Shown one piece after another: positions 8,547-16,928 of a DNA stretch of 30,045 nt (its first letter is position 1; every line of letters begins with the position of its first letter). Source of the stretch: Bacteroidota bacterium (lineage in GTDB: Bacteria > Bacteroidota > Ignavibacteria > UBA10030 > SZUA-254). The notes below the pieces were generated by a model, which ran no database searches, was not told the origin of the DNA, and worked only from the letters and a program-made list of their open reading frames with translations. A program made the translations under genes and the position numbers. The stretch spans positions 1-30,045 of the forward strand of contig DASYTP010000009.1 of the NCBI GenBank assembly GCA_036002145.1, given 5' to 3'.

Positions 8547-9317
8547 ATGCGAAAAAGCAAAGCTCTTCTGATCGATACAACACTTTGCATCGGTTGCAAT
8601 GCGTGCCAGGAAGCATGCAAGAAAGAGTTCAATCTCCGGGAAGGGGAAGAAAAGAAACTTTCTCCAACAGCGTACACGGCGCTTGAAGAACACGACGGCA
8701 TTTTTGTGCGGAGGATGTGCCAGCACTGCGTCGAGCCGACATGCGTGTCGGTCTGCCCGGTCGGCGCATTCACGAAAACCCCTGAAGGACCGGTACTCTA
8801 CGATGAGTCAAAATGTATCGGGTGCAGGTATTGCATCCAGGCCTGCCCGTTCCAGGTCCCGCGATATGAATGGAACAGCACCCATCCGCGAGTGCAGAAA
8901 TGCAGGCTCTGCGTAGATCGCCTGAAGCAAGGTTTGCAACCGGCGTGCTCCGAAGCCTGTCCGACCGGGGCCACCAAGTTCGGCGACCGGGATGACTTGA
9001 TCCGCGAAGCCTACGAGCGCATCAAATCAGAACCGCAAAAATATGTCGACAGGATTTACGGCAAGGAAGAAGTAGGGGGCACATCGGTGCTGTATCTTTC
9101 CAGCGTGCCGTTCGAGCAGCTCGGCTTCAAGACAACTCTTGAGAATGTGGCGCTGCCGATGTACACCTGGAATGCGCTATCGAAAATCCCATCCGTGGTG
9201 GGGGTCGGCAGCGTGTTCCTCTACGGAATCTGGTGGATCACCAACCGGAGGATGGAGTTGCAAAAGTCGAATCATACGAACAACCATCAACAACGGAATT
9301 CTGAGGCGCGATCATGA
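8547..9317 (+). CDS. 4x[4Fe-4S] electron-transfer subunit, HybA/FdnH/DmsB-like, C-terminal TM, no Tat signal
   Basis: CIGCNACQEAC, CQHCVEPTCVSVCP, CIGCRYCIQACP, KCRLC..ACSEACP; IYGKEEVGGTSVLY; C-terminal hydrophobic helix then NRR. Confidence 0.93.
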   Translation: MRKSKALLIDTTLCIGCNACQEACKKEFNLREGEEKKLSPTAYTALEEHDGIFVRRMCQHCVEPTCVSVCPVGAFTKTPEGPVLYDESKCIGCRYCIQACPFQVPRYEWNSTHPRVQKCRLCVDRLKQGLQPACSEACPTGATKFGDRDDLIREAYERIKSEPQKYVDRIYGKEEVGGTSVLYLSSVPFEQLGFKTTLENVALPMYTWNALSKIPSVVGVGSVFLYGIWWITNRRMELQKSNHTNNHQQRNSEARS

Positions 9318-10510
9318 AACGCTATCTGACATCTCTCACGTTCTGGAAAGTAGTTGCAACACTCATCATGGCAACCGGATTGTATGCGACCTACGTACGT
9401 TTCACACAGGGTCTGGGAGCCACCACGAATCTCAGCGATCAATTTCCGTGGGGATTGTGGATCGGCTTCGATATCCTGTGCGGGGTCGGACTCGCGGCGG
9501 GAGGGTTCACGCTCGCGGCCATCGTGCACATTTTCCATGTCAAACGGTTCGAGCCGATTTTGCGCCCCGCCATCCTGACTGCGTTCCTCGGGTATCTCCT
9601 GGTCATCGTGGCATTGATGTATGACCTCGGCAGGCCGCTGCAGATCTGGCATGCAATCGTTATGTGGAACCCTCACTCGGTCATGTTCGAAGTCGCGTGG
9701 TGCGTCATGCTGTACACCACGGTACTCGCGCTTGAGTTCTCGCCCATCGTCCTTGAGAAATTCAGGATGACGAAGACGTTAAAACTCTTCAAACGAATTG
9801 CGCCCCCCTTGATTATCATCGGAGTCCTCCTTTCGACACTTCATCAATCGTCCCTCGGCTCCCTCTATCTCATCGTCCCCGAGAAGTTGTATTCGCTCTG
9901 GTATTCACCGTACCTGCCCGTATTTTTCTTCTTCTCCGCCGTCGCAGCGGGCTGCGCCATGATTATCTTCGAATCGTTCCTGAGTTCACGGGCATTCAAA
10001 AAAGGATTGGAGATGAACCTCCTGACGGAGATCGGACGGGTAAGCGTCGTGGCTCTTGCCGTATACCTGACGATGAAGATCATCGACCTTCTCAACCGCT
10101 CGGCGATGCCCCTGCTCTTCGTACCACGCATCGAGACCTACCTCTACTGGTTCGAGGTGAGCGCCGGGATCATCGCCCCCCTTGTGTTGCTGAGCATCCC
10201 GAGAGTCCGCGAGAATAAGATTGGATTGTTCCTGAGCTCGGTGCTGATTATCGTCGGGTTCATTCTCAATCGCATGAACCTGAGTATCACGGGGATGGAA
10301 GCATGGTCGGGCGTATCGTACTTCCCGTCGTGGATGGAGATTGCCGTCACCATATCAATTGTCACTGCCGGTTTCATCGTCTTCAGGTTGGCGGCGAGAT
10401 ATCTTCCGCTCTTTCAGCATGATTCGGGAGAGCCGGCACTGACGAACATTAGCGCGTTTGACGAGGAGCTTGTTCTCATTTCACAGCCACATGAAGCGGA
10501 GTTGCAATGA
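9314..10510 (+). CDS. NrfD/HybB-family integral membrane quinone-interacting subunit
   Basis: PWGLWIGFDILCGVGLAAGGF, DLGRP, SVMFEVAWC, LHQSSLGSL; about 10 hydrophobic segments; ATGA overlap with the upstream gene. Confidence 0.93.
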   Translation: MKRYLTSLTFWKVVATLIMATGLYATYVRFTQGLGATTNLSDQFPWGLWIGFDILCGVGLAAGGFTLAAIVHIFHVKRFEPILRPAILTAFLGYLLVIVALMYDLGRPLQIWHAIVMWNPHSVMFEVAWCVMLYTTVLALEFSPIVLEKFRMTKTLKLFKRIAPPLIIIGVLLSTLHQSSLGSLYLIVPEKLYSLWYSPYLPVFFFFSAVAAGCAMIIFESFLSSRAFKKGLEMNLLTEIGRVSVVALAVYLTMKIIDLLNRSAMPLLFVPRIETYLYWFEVSAGIIAPLVLLSIPRVRENKIGLFLSSVLIIVGFILNRMNLSITGMEAWSGVSYFPSWMEIAVTISIVTAGFIVFRLAARYLPLFQHDSGEPALTNISAFDEELVLISQPHEAELQ

Positions 10511-11271
10511 ACGTTTCACCGGACGATAGAACCGGGTTCCCGATCGTTCCGCCTCAGTTTCGATGCGTCTGGATGACCGCCGGGCTCCTTGCGTATCAAT
10601 TGTGCGACCGGAACTTCGATTGTGAGAATTGCCTTCTCGATAAGGCAATGCGGATGCACTTCATCCAGCATCAGGATGCGCCGGAACTTCAACGAGAAAC
10701 GAAGTCCGCCGCAACGAGATCGGAAGCTCACGAATACTTGTACAGCAGAAATCATTGGTGGATCCACAAACTCTCTGAGAACAGTTTTCGGATAGGAATC
10801 GAACCGACGCTGTCTTCCCTGCTGTTGTCCCCGAGAGAGATTGTCCTTCCACGGGCGGGTGAGCCACTCCGGCTGGGAAGGTTCAGCTGCTGGATCATTA
10901 TCGACAATGATGCGTTTCCTCTCGCCTCGCCCGTCTCCGGAACAGTGTTGCGAACAAACAAGCTTCTCCAGTCGAATCCTCAAATTCTCTGCACCCATCC
11001 CCTCACGCAAGGATGGCTCTTTGAAGTGGAATCAAGAACCGACGAGACGCAAGTGTCGTCCTGGATGACCAGGCGCCATGCAGACAAGAAATATCAGGCC
11101 GATTTCTCCCGCTTCAATGAGTCATTGAGTTCACTGCTGAGGAGCGATCACCCCCGTATCGGCACCACGATTCAGGATGGGGGGCAGATCTTCCTTCATG
11201 CCTCCAAGGCCGTCGGAACTCAGAAATACGTCGAGTTGCTGTTCGAAGCGTTCGGCCACGAACTTTCTTGA
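10507..11271 (+). CDS. Soluble GcvH-fold protein with N-terminal 4-Cys motif, lacking the lipoyl-lysine
   Basis: CVWMTAG..LCDRNFDCENC; HWW..IGI..SPVSGTV..N..L..GWLF; Asn134 at the Lys position; QDGG near the C-terminus; ATGA overlap. Confidence 0.85.
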   Translation: MNVSPDDRTGFPIVPPQFRCVWMTAGLLAYQLCDRNFDCENCLLDKAMRMHFIQHQDAPELQRETKSAATRSEAHEYLYSRNHWWIHKLSENSFRIGIEPTLSSLLLSPREIVLPRAGEPLRLGRFSCWIIIDNDAFPLASPVSGTVLRTNKLLQSNPQILCTHPLTQGWLFEVESRTDETQVSSWMTRRHADKKYQADFSRFNESLSSLLRSDHPRIGTTIQDGGQIFLHASKAVGTQKYVELLFEAFGHELS

Positions 11272-11510
11272 CCGCATTCTTGGCTGTTTGGGACATTCTT
11301 CTTCGGGATTTAGAATTTGTTTCGAATTTAGGTATTAGTGTTTTTCCCCAAGGGACTCCTTCGGAGGGATTTTGCTAGAAATCCTCGCTCCATCCAATGA
11401 AAGTAATCCGGGCTCTTCTCATCCTTAAGAATTTCCGCCATTATTTTTCGCAGAATTGACAACGAATCCATGAAATTCGGAAGATTCGTCGCGTGCTGAA
11501 TAATTAAACA

Positions 11511-11526
11511 TGGCACGAGAATTGCC
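11511..11526 (+). promoter_or_regulatory. Sigma54 -24/-12 promoter
   Basis: TGGCACG-AGAA-TTGCC matches TGGCACG-N4-TTGC with exact GG-N10-GC spacing, in an intergenic region. Confidence 0.8.
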
Positions 11527-11541
11527 CAAAATAGTGGTGAA

Positions 11542-13167
11542 ATGAGGCTTCCAATCCTCCATAGGTTGAGTGTTCGGGTGCTGGTGGGTTCCATTGCCAT
11601 CATGCTTACCTTCTTCGGCCTGTATTCTTACTTCACCGTCCGCTTCTACAACGATAAACTGATGGACCAGGTACTGTCGAGTGCAAACCGGATGAGCGAC
11701 GTCATCAAGCAATCGACTCATTACAGCATGCTGCTTAACCGCAGAGAGGATGTCTACCACATCATCACGATGATTGGAAAAGAACCCGGGGTGGAAGGCA
11801 TCCGCATCTACAACAAACGCGGTGAAATCATGTTCTCGACCGATAAACAGGAAGAACATACCGCCATCGATATGCACGCCGAGGCATGTTATGTCTGTCA
11901 CGAGCAGGAAAAACCTTTGTCGTCGCTGCCCATGAGCAACCGGACGCGCATTTTCGAGAGTGGAAACAGCCATCGCGTGCTCGGGGTCATCAATCCGATC
12001 CGCAATGAGCCGTCCTGCTCAGATGCCGAATGTCATGCACACCCGCCGGAGCGCACCGTTCTGGGGGTGCTCGACGTCAGAATGTCGTTAAAGAATCTTG
12101 ATGCCACAGTACATCAGGCGCAAAACACGATGGCGGTCTATGCCATCGCCGCCATTCTTGTCGTCGGGATCATTGTCGTCCTGTTCCTGTCATCCACCGT
12201 CCTCACACCGACACGACGCTTGATGGCGGGCGCGCAGCAGATTTCATCGGGAAACCTCTCGTACCACATCAGCGTCAACGCAAGGAACGAGCTGGGGAAG
12301 CTCGCGAAGGCATTTAATGAAATGACCCGATCGCTGAAGGGCGAAAAAGAGCAGAACCAGCGGTGGGCCGATACGCTCCAGCAGCGCGTCCGTGAAAAAA
12401 CCGACGAGCTGAATGCCATTCACAAACAGATCGTCCACATCGAGAAAATGGCATCGCTCGGAAAACTTGCGGCCACCATAGCGCACGAAATCAACAATCC
12501 TCTCGAGGCCATCTTGACCTATGCAAAGCTCATCGCCCGTCGCATACGAAAGGATGAGACGCAGGTTACGACAAACCGGCAAACCCTGGAGGACATTGAG
12601 CTCATTGCCCGCGAAACGGATCGGTGCGGCAACATTGTGAAGAACCTCCTGCTGTTCTCGAAAAAACAGACGGGCGAGTTCGCCATCGCTTCGCTGAAGA
12701 GCATCATCGATCATGCCTCACAGCTCGTTCAGCACCACTGCAGAATTTCGAACGTTGAGTTGAAGATACAGTTGCCGGAAGGGGACATTTCTCTTATGTG
12801 CGACGAGAACCAGCTTGATCAAGCCCTCGTCGCGCTTTTCGTAAACGCAGTCGAGGCAATGCCGGGCGGCGGCACGATTCGTGTCGAAGCGAAGAGCGCA
12901 TCTCATAACAATGTGCTCCTGACGATTTCGGATACGGGCATGGGGATTTCTGAAGCTGATCTTCCCTTCATTTTCGAGCCGTTCTTCACAACGAAAAAAG
13001 ATGGCCGGGGAGTGGGATTGGGGCTGTCAGTCGTCTATGGAATTCTGGAGCGACACGGCGGATCCATCTCAGTGGTGTCCGCAGTCGGAAAAGGAACGAC
13101 GTTTACCCTGAGTTTCCCACGCGTTCCACACGAACTTCCACATGCTGCCGAGAATGCACATCAGTGA
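11542..13167 (+). CDS. Membrane sensor histidine kinase with periplasmic heme-c motifs, HAMP, HisKA, HATPase
   Basis: Two TMs; periplasmic CYVCH and CSDAECH; HAMP NELGKLAKAFNEM; H-box AHEINNPL; N-box FVNAVEAM, DTGMG, FFTTK, GVGLGL. Confidence 0.95.
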   Translation: MRLPILHRLSVRVLVGSIAIMLTFFGLYSYFTVRFYNDKLMDQVLSSANRMSDVIKQSTHYSMLLNRREDVYHIITMIGKEPGVEGIRIYNKRGEIMFSTDKQEEHTAIDMHAEACYVCHEQEKPLSSLPMSNRTRIFESGNSHRVLGVINPIRNEPSCSDAECHAHPPERTVLGVLDVRMSLKNLDATVHQAQNTMAVYAIAAILVVGIIVVLFLSSTVLTPTRRLMAGAQQISSGNLSYHISVNARNELGKLAKAFNEMTRSLKGEKEQNQRWADTLQQRVREKTDELNAIHKQIVHIEKMASLGKLAATIAHEINNPLEAILTYAKLIARRIRKDETQVTTNRQTLEDIELIARETDRCGNIVKNLLLFSKKQTGEFAIASLKSIIDHASQLVQHHCRISNVELKIQLPEGDISLMCDENQLDQALVALFVNAVEAMPGGGTIRVEAKSASHNNVLLTISDTGMGISEADLPFIFEPFFTTKKDGRGVGLGLSVVYGILERHGGSISVVSAVGKGTTFTLSFPRVPHELPHAAENAHQ

Positions 13168-13221
13168 GAAGAATAGGACCACAATTTCGCAACCTGAAAA
13201 TCACAGACCGGAGAATGGAAT

Positions 13222-14316
13222 ATGATATCTAACGCCGAGCCGTTCAGAAGCCAAACCGATCGTTTCAGAGGGCTGAAACATATGATCGGAAATACGCCGT
13301 TGCTGGCGATTCATTGTACGTTCAGGGGGAGTCGCCGCGTCATCTACGCAAAAGCCGAGCATGTCAACATGACCGGAAGTATCAAGGACCGCATGGCATT
13401 CCACATACTCCAGCGAGCGTACGCGGATGGGAAACTTCGTCCGGGGGACACCATCGTTGAAGCAACAAGCGGCAACACGGGAATCTCGTTCGCCGCGATC
13501 GGCAAAGCCCTGGGCCATCCGGTTGTCATCTTCATGCCCGACTGGATGAGCCAGGAACGGACGAATCTCATCCAAAGTATGGGTGCAAAAATTAATCTCG
13601 TGACCCGAGAAGAAGGGGGGTTCCTGGGCAGCATTCGCATGGCGGAGGAATTCGCACGCACGCACGATCATATATTTCTGCCCCAACAATTCTCGAATGG
13701 GGCAAACGTCGAAGCACACGCGGAAACGACGGGACCGGAGATCTGGTGGCAACTATCTTTTCAATCCTTAGTCCCCGACGCGTTCGTCGCTGGAGTTGGG
13801 ACCGGCGGCACGATCATGGGTGCAGGTCGCTTCCTTCGCAGCCGGAATTCCACTACGCGGATTTATCCGTTGCAGCCGGCAGAATCCCCCACGTTGACGA
13901 CCGGGCATAAAATAGGTCATCATAGAATCCAGGGGGTGTCGGACGAGTTTATTCCCCCTATTGTGGCGCTCAACGAGCTCGATCGCGTCATCAGCGTTCA
14001 TGATGGCGATGCGATCCTCATGGCTCAGAAACTTGCCTCCCGGCTGGGGCTCGCCGTAGGTATTTCCTCAGGAGCGAATTTTATAGGTGCTCTGATGGTT
14101 CAGGACGAGCTTTCGAGCGATGCCGTCGTCACGACTGTTTTTCCGGATGACAACAAGAAATACCTGAGCACCGATCTGCTGAGGGAGGAATCGATCATGA
14201 AAGATTATCTCTCACCCGGGATCGAGCTGCTCAGCTACCAAGCCTTTAAACGGGTCTGTCACACGTGCTGCGACCTCTATGATTGCACGCAGCATATTGC
14301 TTCTGAAATAATCTGA
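13222..14316 (+). CDS. PLP-dependent cysteine synthase family protein (CysK/CysM-like) with Cys-rich tail
   Basis: IGNTP, GSIKDR (PLP Lys), [26 protein letters not shown]; C-terminal [10 protein letters not shown]. Substrate is uncertain. Confidence 0.9.
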   Translation: MISNAEPFRSQTDRFRGLKHMIGNTPLLAIHCTFRGSRRVIYAKAEHVNMTGSIKDRMAFHILQRAYADGKLRPGDTIVEATSGNTGISFAAIGKALGHPVVIFMPDWMSQERTNLIQSMGAKINLVTREEGGFLGSIRMAEEFARTHDHIFLPQQFSNGANVEAHAETTGPEIWWQLSFQSLVPDAFVAGVGTGGTIMGAGRFLRSRNSTTRIYPLQPAESPTLTTGHKIGHHRIQGVSDEFIPPIVALNELDRVISVHDGDAILMAQKLASRLGLAVGISSGANFIGALMVQDELSSDAVVTTVFPDDNKKYLSTDLLREESIMKDYLSPGIELLSYQAFKRVCHTCCDLYDCTQHIASEII

Positions 14317-14340
14317 TAACGTTACAATACGAGGATACCA

Positions 14341-15687
14341 ATGAATTCTACATCTTCTCTCCTGATTATCGACGATGAAAGCATTGTGCGCGATTCACTT
14401 TCGAAGTGGTTCCACGAGGATGGATTCCACGTCGGCACGGCGGAGAACGCTGCCGCCGCCCTCCGCCACCTCCAAGAACAGCGGTGGGATATAATTCTCC
14501 TCGACATCAAAATGCCCGGCATGGACGGGATGGAACTTCAGCGAAGGATCATGGAGATCGATCCGCACGCGACGATTATTTTTATCACTGCCCATGCATC
14601 CGTTGAAACGGCGGTAGAGGCGTTAAAGCGGGGAGCATTCGATTACGTCACCAAGCCGGTGGACCCCGATCACCTGTCCCACCTTGTGCGTAATGCTCTC
14701 AAGCAGCGCGGATTAGCGCTGGAAAATGTCAAACTGAAAGAACACGTGACAGAGTTCTCCAGGATCGACGACCTCATCGGTGAATCTCCCCAGATGAAAA
14801 AAGTCTATGAGCTGATTCAAACCGTTGCGCCAACCGATACGACGGTGATGATCCGCGGTGAGAGCGGAACCGGGAAAGAGCTCATCGCGCGCGCGATACA
14901 CTCCCACAGCCGGCGAAAGTATTTCCCGATCGTGACGGTAAATTGCGGGGCATTACCGGAAGGCATCCTTGAGAGTGAGCTGTTCGGTCATGAACGGGGA
15001 GCGTTCACGGGGGCACAATATCAGCGAAAAGGCAGACTTGAGCTCGCCGATGGTGGAACGCTCTTCCTCGATGAAGTCGGTAACATCAACATGAAGACGC
15101 AGATGGACCTCTTGCGCGTTATTGAGACACAACAGTTTTCCAGGGTTGGCGGAAATGCAATTCTCAATACGGACTTCCGAGTCATTTGCGCCACGAATAA
15201 AGATCTCGAAAAGGCGGTCGCCGATGGAACGTTCAGAGAGGATCTTTATTATCGACTCAACGTATTCTCTATCGCGATTCCGCCATTGCGCGAGCGCAAG
15301 TCCGATATTCCATCAATTGCAAACTATTTTGTAAAAAAATATTCACAGGCGATGGGAAAACAGATAGCCGCTGTCTCTTCCGGGGCAATGGACGTATTGA
15401 TCCGCTACGACTGGCCCGGGAACGTCAGGGAACTGGAGAATGCGATTGAGCGGGCGATCGTCATCGGGAAACCGCCTTGTATCCGCCCGGAGGACCTCCC
15501 TTTTCTCTCCCCGGCAAGAAACTCGGCAAACGGCTCCGGGACGCTTGCCTTGGTCGAAAGAGAACATATTGCCGCCGCGTTGACTGAGAATCGTTGGAAC
15601 ATTTCACGATCGGCGGAAATTCTCGGCATCGATCGCGTCACGCTCTATAACAAGATCGCAAAGTACGGGCTCCAGAGACCCGCGTGA
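14341..15687 (+). CDS. Sigma54-dependent response regulator (NtrC/AtoC/ZraR family; REC-AAA+-Fis HTH)
   Basis: IIDDE, LLDIKMP, GESGTGKE, ESELFGHERGAFTGA, LFLDEV, DLYYRL, WPGNVRELEN, C-terminal HTH. Confidence 0.97.
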   Translation: MNSTSSLLIIDDESIVRDSLSKWFHEDGFHVGTAENAAAALRHLQEQRWDIILLDIKMPGMDGMELQRRIMEIDPHATIIFITAHASVETAVEALKRGAFDYVTKPVDPDHLSHLVRNALKQRGLALENVKLKEHVTEFSRIDDLIGESPQMKKVYELIQTVAPTDTTVMIRGESGTGKELIARAIHSHSRRKYFPIVTVNCGALPEGILESELFGHERGAFTGAQYQRKGRLELADGGTLFLDEVGNINMKTQMDLLRVIETQQFSRVGGNAILNTDFRVICATNKDLEKAVADGTFREDLYYRLNVFSIAIPPLRERKSDIPSIANYFVKKYSQAMGKQIAAVSSGAMDVLIRYDWPGNVRELENAIERAIVIGKPPCIRPEDLPFLSPARNSANGSGTLALVEREHIAAALTENRWNISRSAEILGIDRVTLYNKIAKYGLQRPA

Positions 15688-16259
15688 CAAGTTTGATTCA
15701 CATTATTAACGCTTCACACCTGCCCGACAGCGATTTGCAGCCCATCGCTGACGCTGTCGAGCGTGTTTTTCGCCGTCCGGTCAGGCTGCAGCGGAGACCT
15801 CTTGATTATGAGCGAGCGTTTGACGACTCCCGTGGACAATTCAGCTCGGGTATTCTCCTTGGGCAACTGCTGGCCGACGACAACCTCATCGGGAGAAAAG
15901 AAATTGTTGTTGTGGATGTCGACTTATTCATTCCCGTGCTCACGTTTATCTTCGGCGAGGCACAATTTGAAGGAGCAGCTGCCATAGTTTCCGCCTACAG
16001 ACTCTCCGACGAGTTTTACGGCCTGCCAACGGATCACGCAAAACTTCTGACGCGTCTTGAAAAGGAAGTCGTCCACGAGCTCGGGCATACTTTTGGGCTC
16101 TATCACTGCCATCAGTTCGAGTGCGTCATGCGCTCTTCGACGTATGTTGAAGAAATCGACCTCAAACAATCGACCCCCTGCCTGGAATGCCGGCGCCTGC
16201 TTGACCGGAAGAATGAGAACTCCTCTCTGCCAGAGATAAGACTTCAGGAAAGTTTATGA
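15684..16259 (+). CDS. amzA: Archaemetzincin-family Zn metalloprotease
   Basis: HELGHTFGLYHC (HExxHxxGxxH), then C-x4-C-x-M..IDxK..CxxC; GTGA overlap with the regulator stop. Confidence 0.9.
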   Translation: MTSLIHIINASHLPDSDLQPIADAVERVFRRPVRLQRRPLDYERAFDDSRGQFSSGILLGQLLADDNLIGRKEIVVVDVDLFIPVLTFIFGEAQFEGAAAIVSAYRLSDEFYGLPTDHAKLLTRLEKEVVHELGHTFGLYHCHQFECVMRSSTYVEEIDLKQSTPCLECRRLLDRKNENSSLPEIRLQESL

Positions 16260-16711
16260 GTATCATTTTCAGCCGTCAATGCGAGTATGCCATTCAAGCA
16301 GTCCTCTATCTCGCCCTGCATCCGCAGAATGAAAAGACCTCCATCAGGGAACTTACAAAGGTACTGAAGATTCCCTATCACTTCCTGGCGAAGATTCTTC
16401 AAAAGTTAACCCACAAAGGACTCCTTCATTCTCAAAAGGGTCTGGCAGGCGGATTCTCTCTTGCGCGGCCGGCCGCGAACATCACCCTTTTCGAAATCAT
16501 CGAGGCGATCGATGGCAATGGCCTCATGCACAACTGCATACTCGGATTTCCGGAGTGCTCAGAGTCAGACCCGTGCGCGCTGCACGACCAGTGGCTCAAG
16601 TCGCGCGACGGCATATATCAGCTGTTGGCAAACGATACAATCAATCATCTTGCCTCACGAATGAAGAAGCCACAATACCTGACTGAGATACTACAAACAG
16701 GTTGCCCCTAA
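16256..16711 (+). CDS. Rrf2-family transcriptional regulator with probable Fe-S ligands
   Basis: EYAIQA, LAKILQKL..G..GGF.L..I.L.EII.AIDG; C94, C101, C107, H110 in IscR-like spacing. Confidence 0.93.
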   Translation: MSIIFSRQCEYAIQAVLYLALHPQNEKTSIRELTKVLKIPYHFLAKILQKLTHKGLLHSQKGLAGGFSLARPAANITLFEIIEAIDGNGLMHNCILGFPECSESDPCALHDQWLKSRDGIYQLLANDTINHLASRMKKPQYLTEILQTGCP

Positions 16712-16722
16712 CGGGGCTCTTT
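16704..16722 (+). terminator. Weak intrinsic terminator overlapping the Rrf2 stop
   Basis: GCCCC-TAAC-GGGGC followed by TCTTT; short stem and poor U-tract. Confidence 0.3.
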
Positions 16723-16891
16723 GTGGAATTATCACTTTACTGATTCGGCAATCTATTTTGGATAATGCTGAAGTCCCGGAGGGACGACCTGTTTGTAGCT
16801 TTCCGGCGAAACAATGTATTCAAGCTCCTTTAGGAGCGGCCTATTTCTGTTCCTCTATTGAATCAGTCAATAAGATTTTCGGGGGTTGTAC

Positions 16892-16928
16892 TCGGATAAA
16901 ATTGTCTTATTTTGGCACGCCGATTGTA
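16892..16928 (+). promoter_or_regulatory. Sigma54-like promoter with adjacent Rrf2-type operator candidate
   Basis: TGGCACG-CCGA-TTGTA (16913-16928), immediately preceded by the imperfect palindrome TCGGATAAAATTGTCTTA (16892-16909). Confidence 0.55.

Noticed and set aside
8547-10510. Hydrogenase-2 (hybAB) or nitrite reductase (nrfCD) operon
   Set aside because: No [NiFe] subunits, hyp genes or nrfA/B; only family-level similarity is supportable.
7871-11271. Glycine cleavage system
   Set aside because: No lipoyl-Lys in either H-like protein, and no gcvP, gcvT or lpd in the window.
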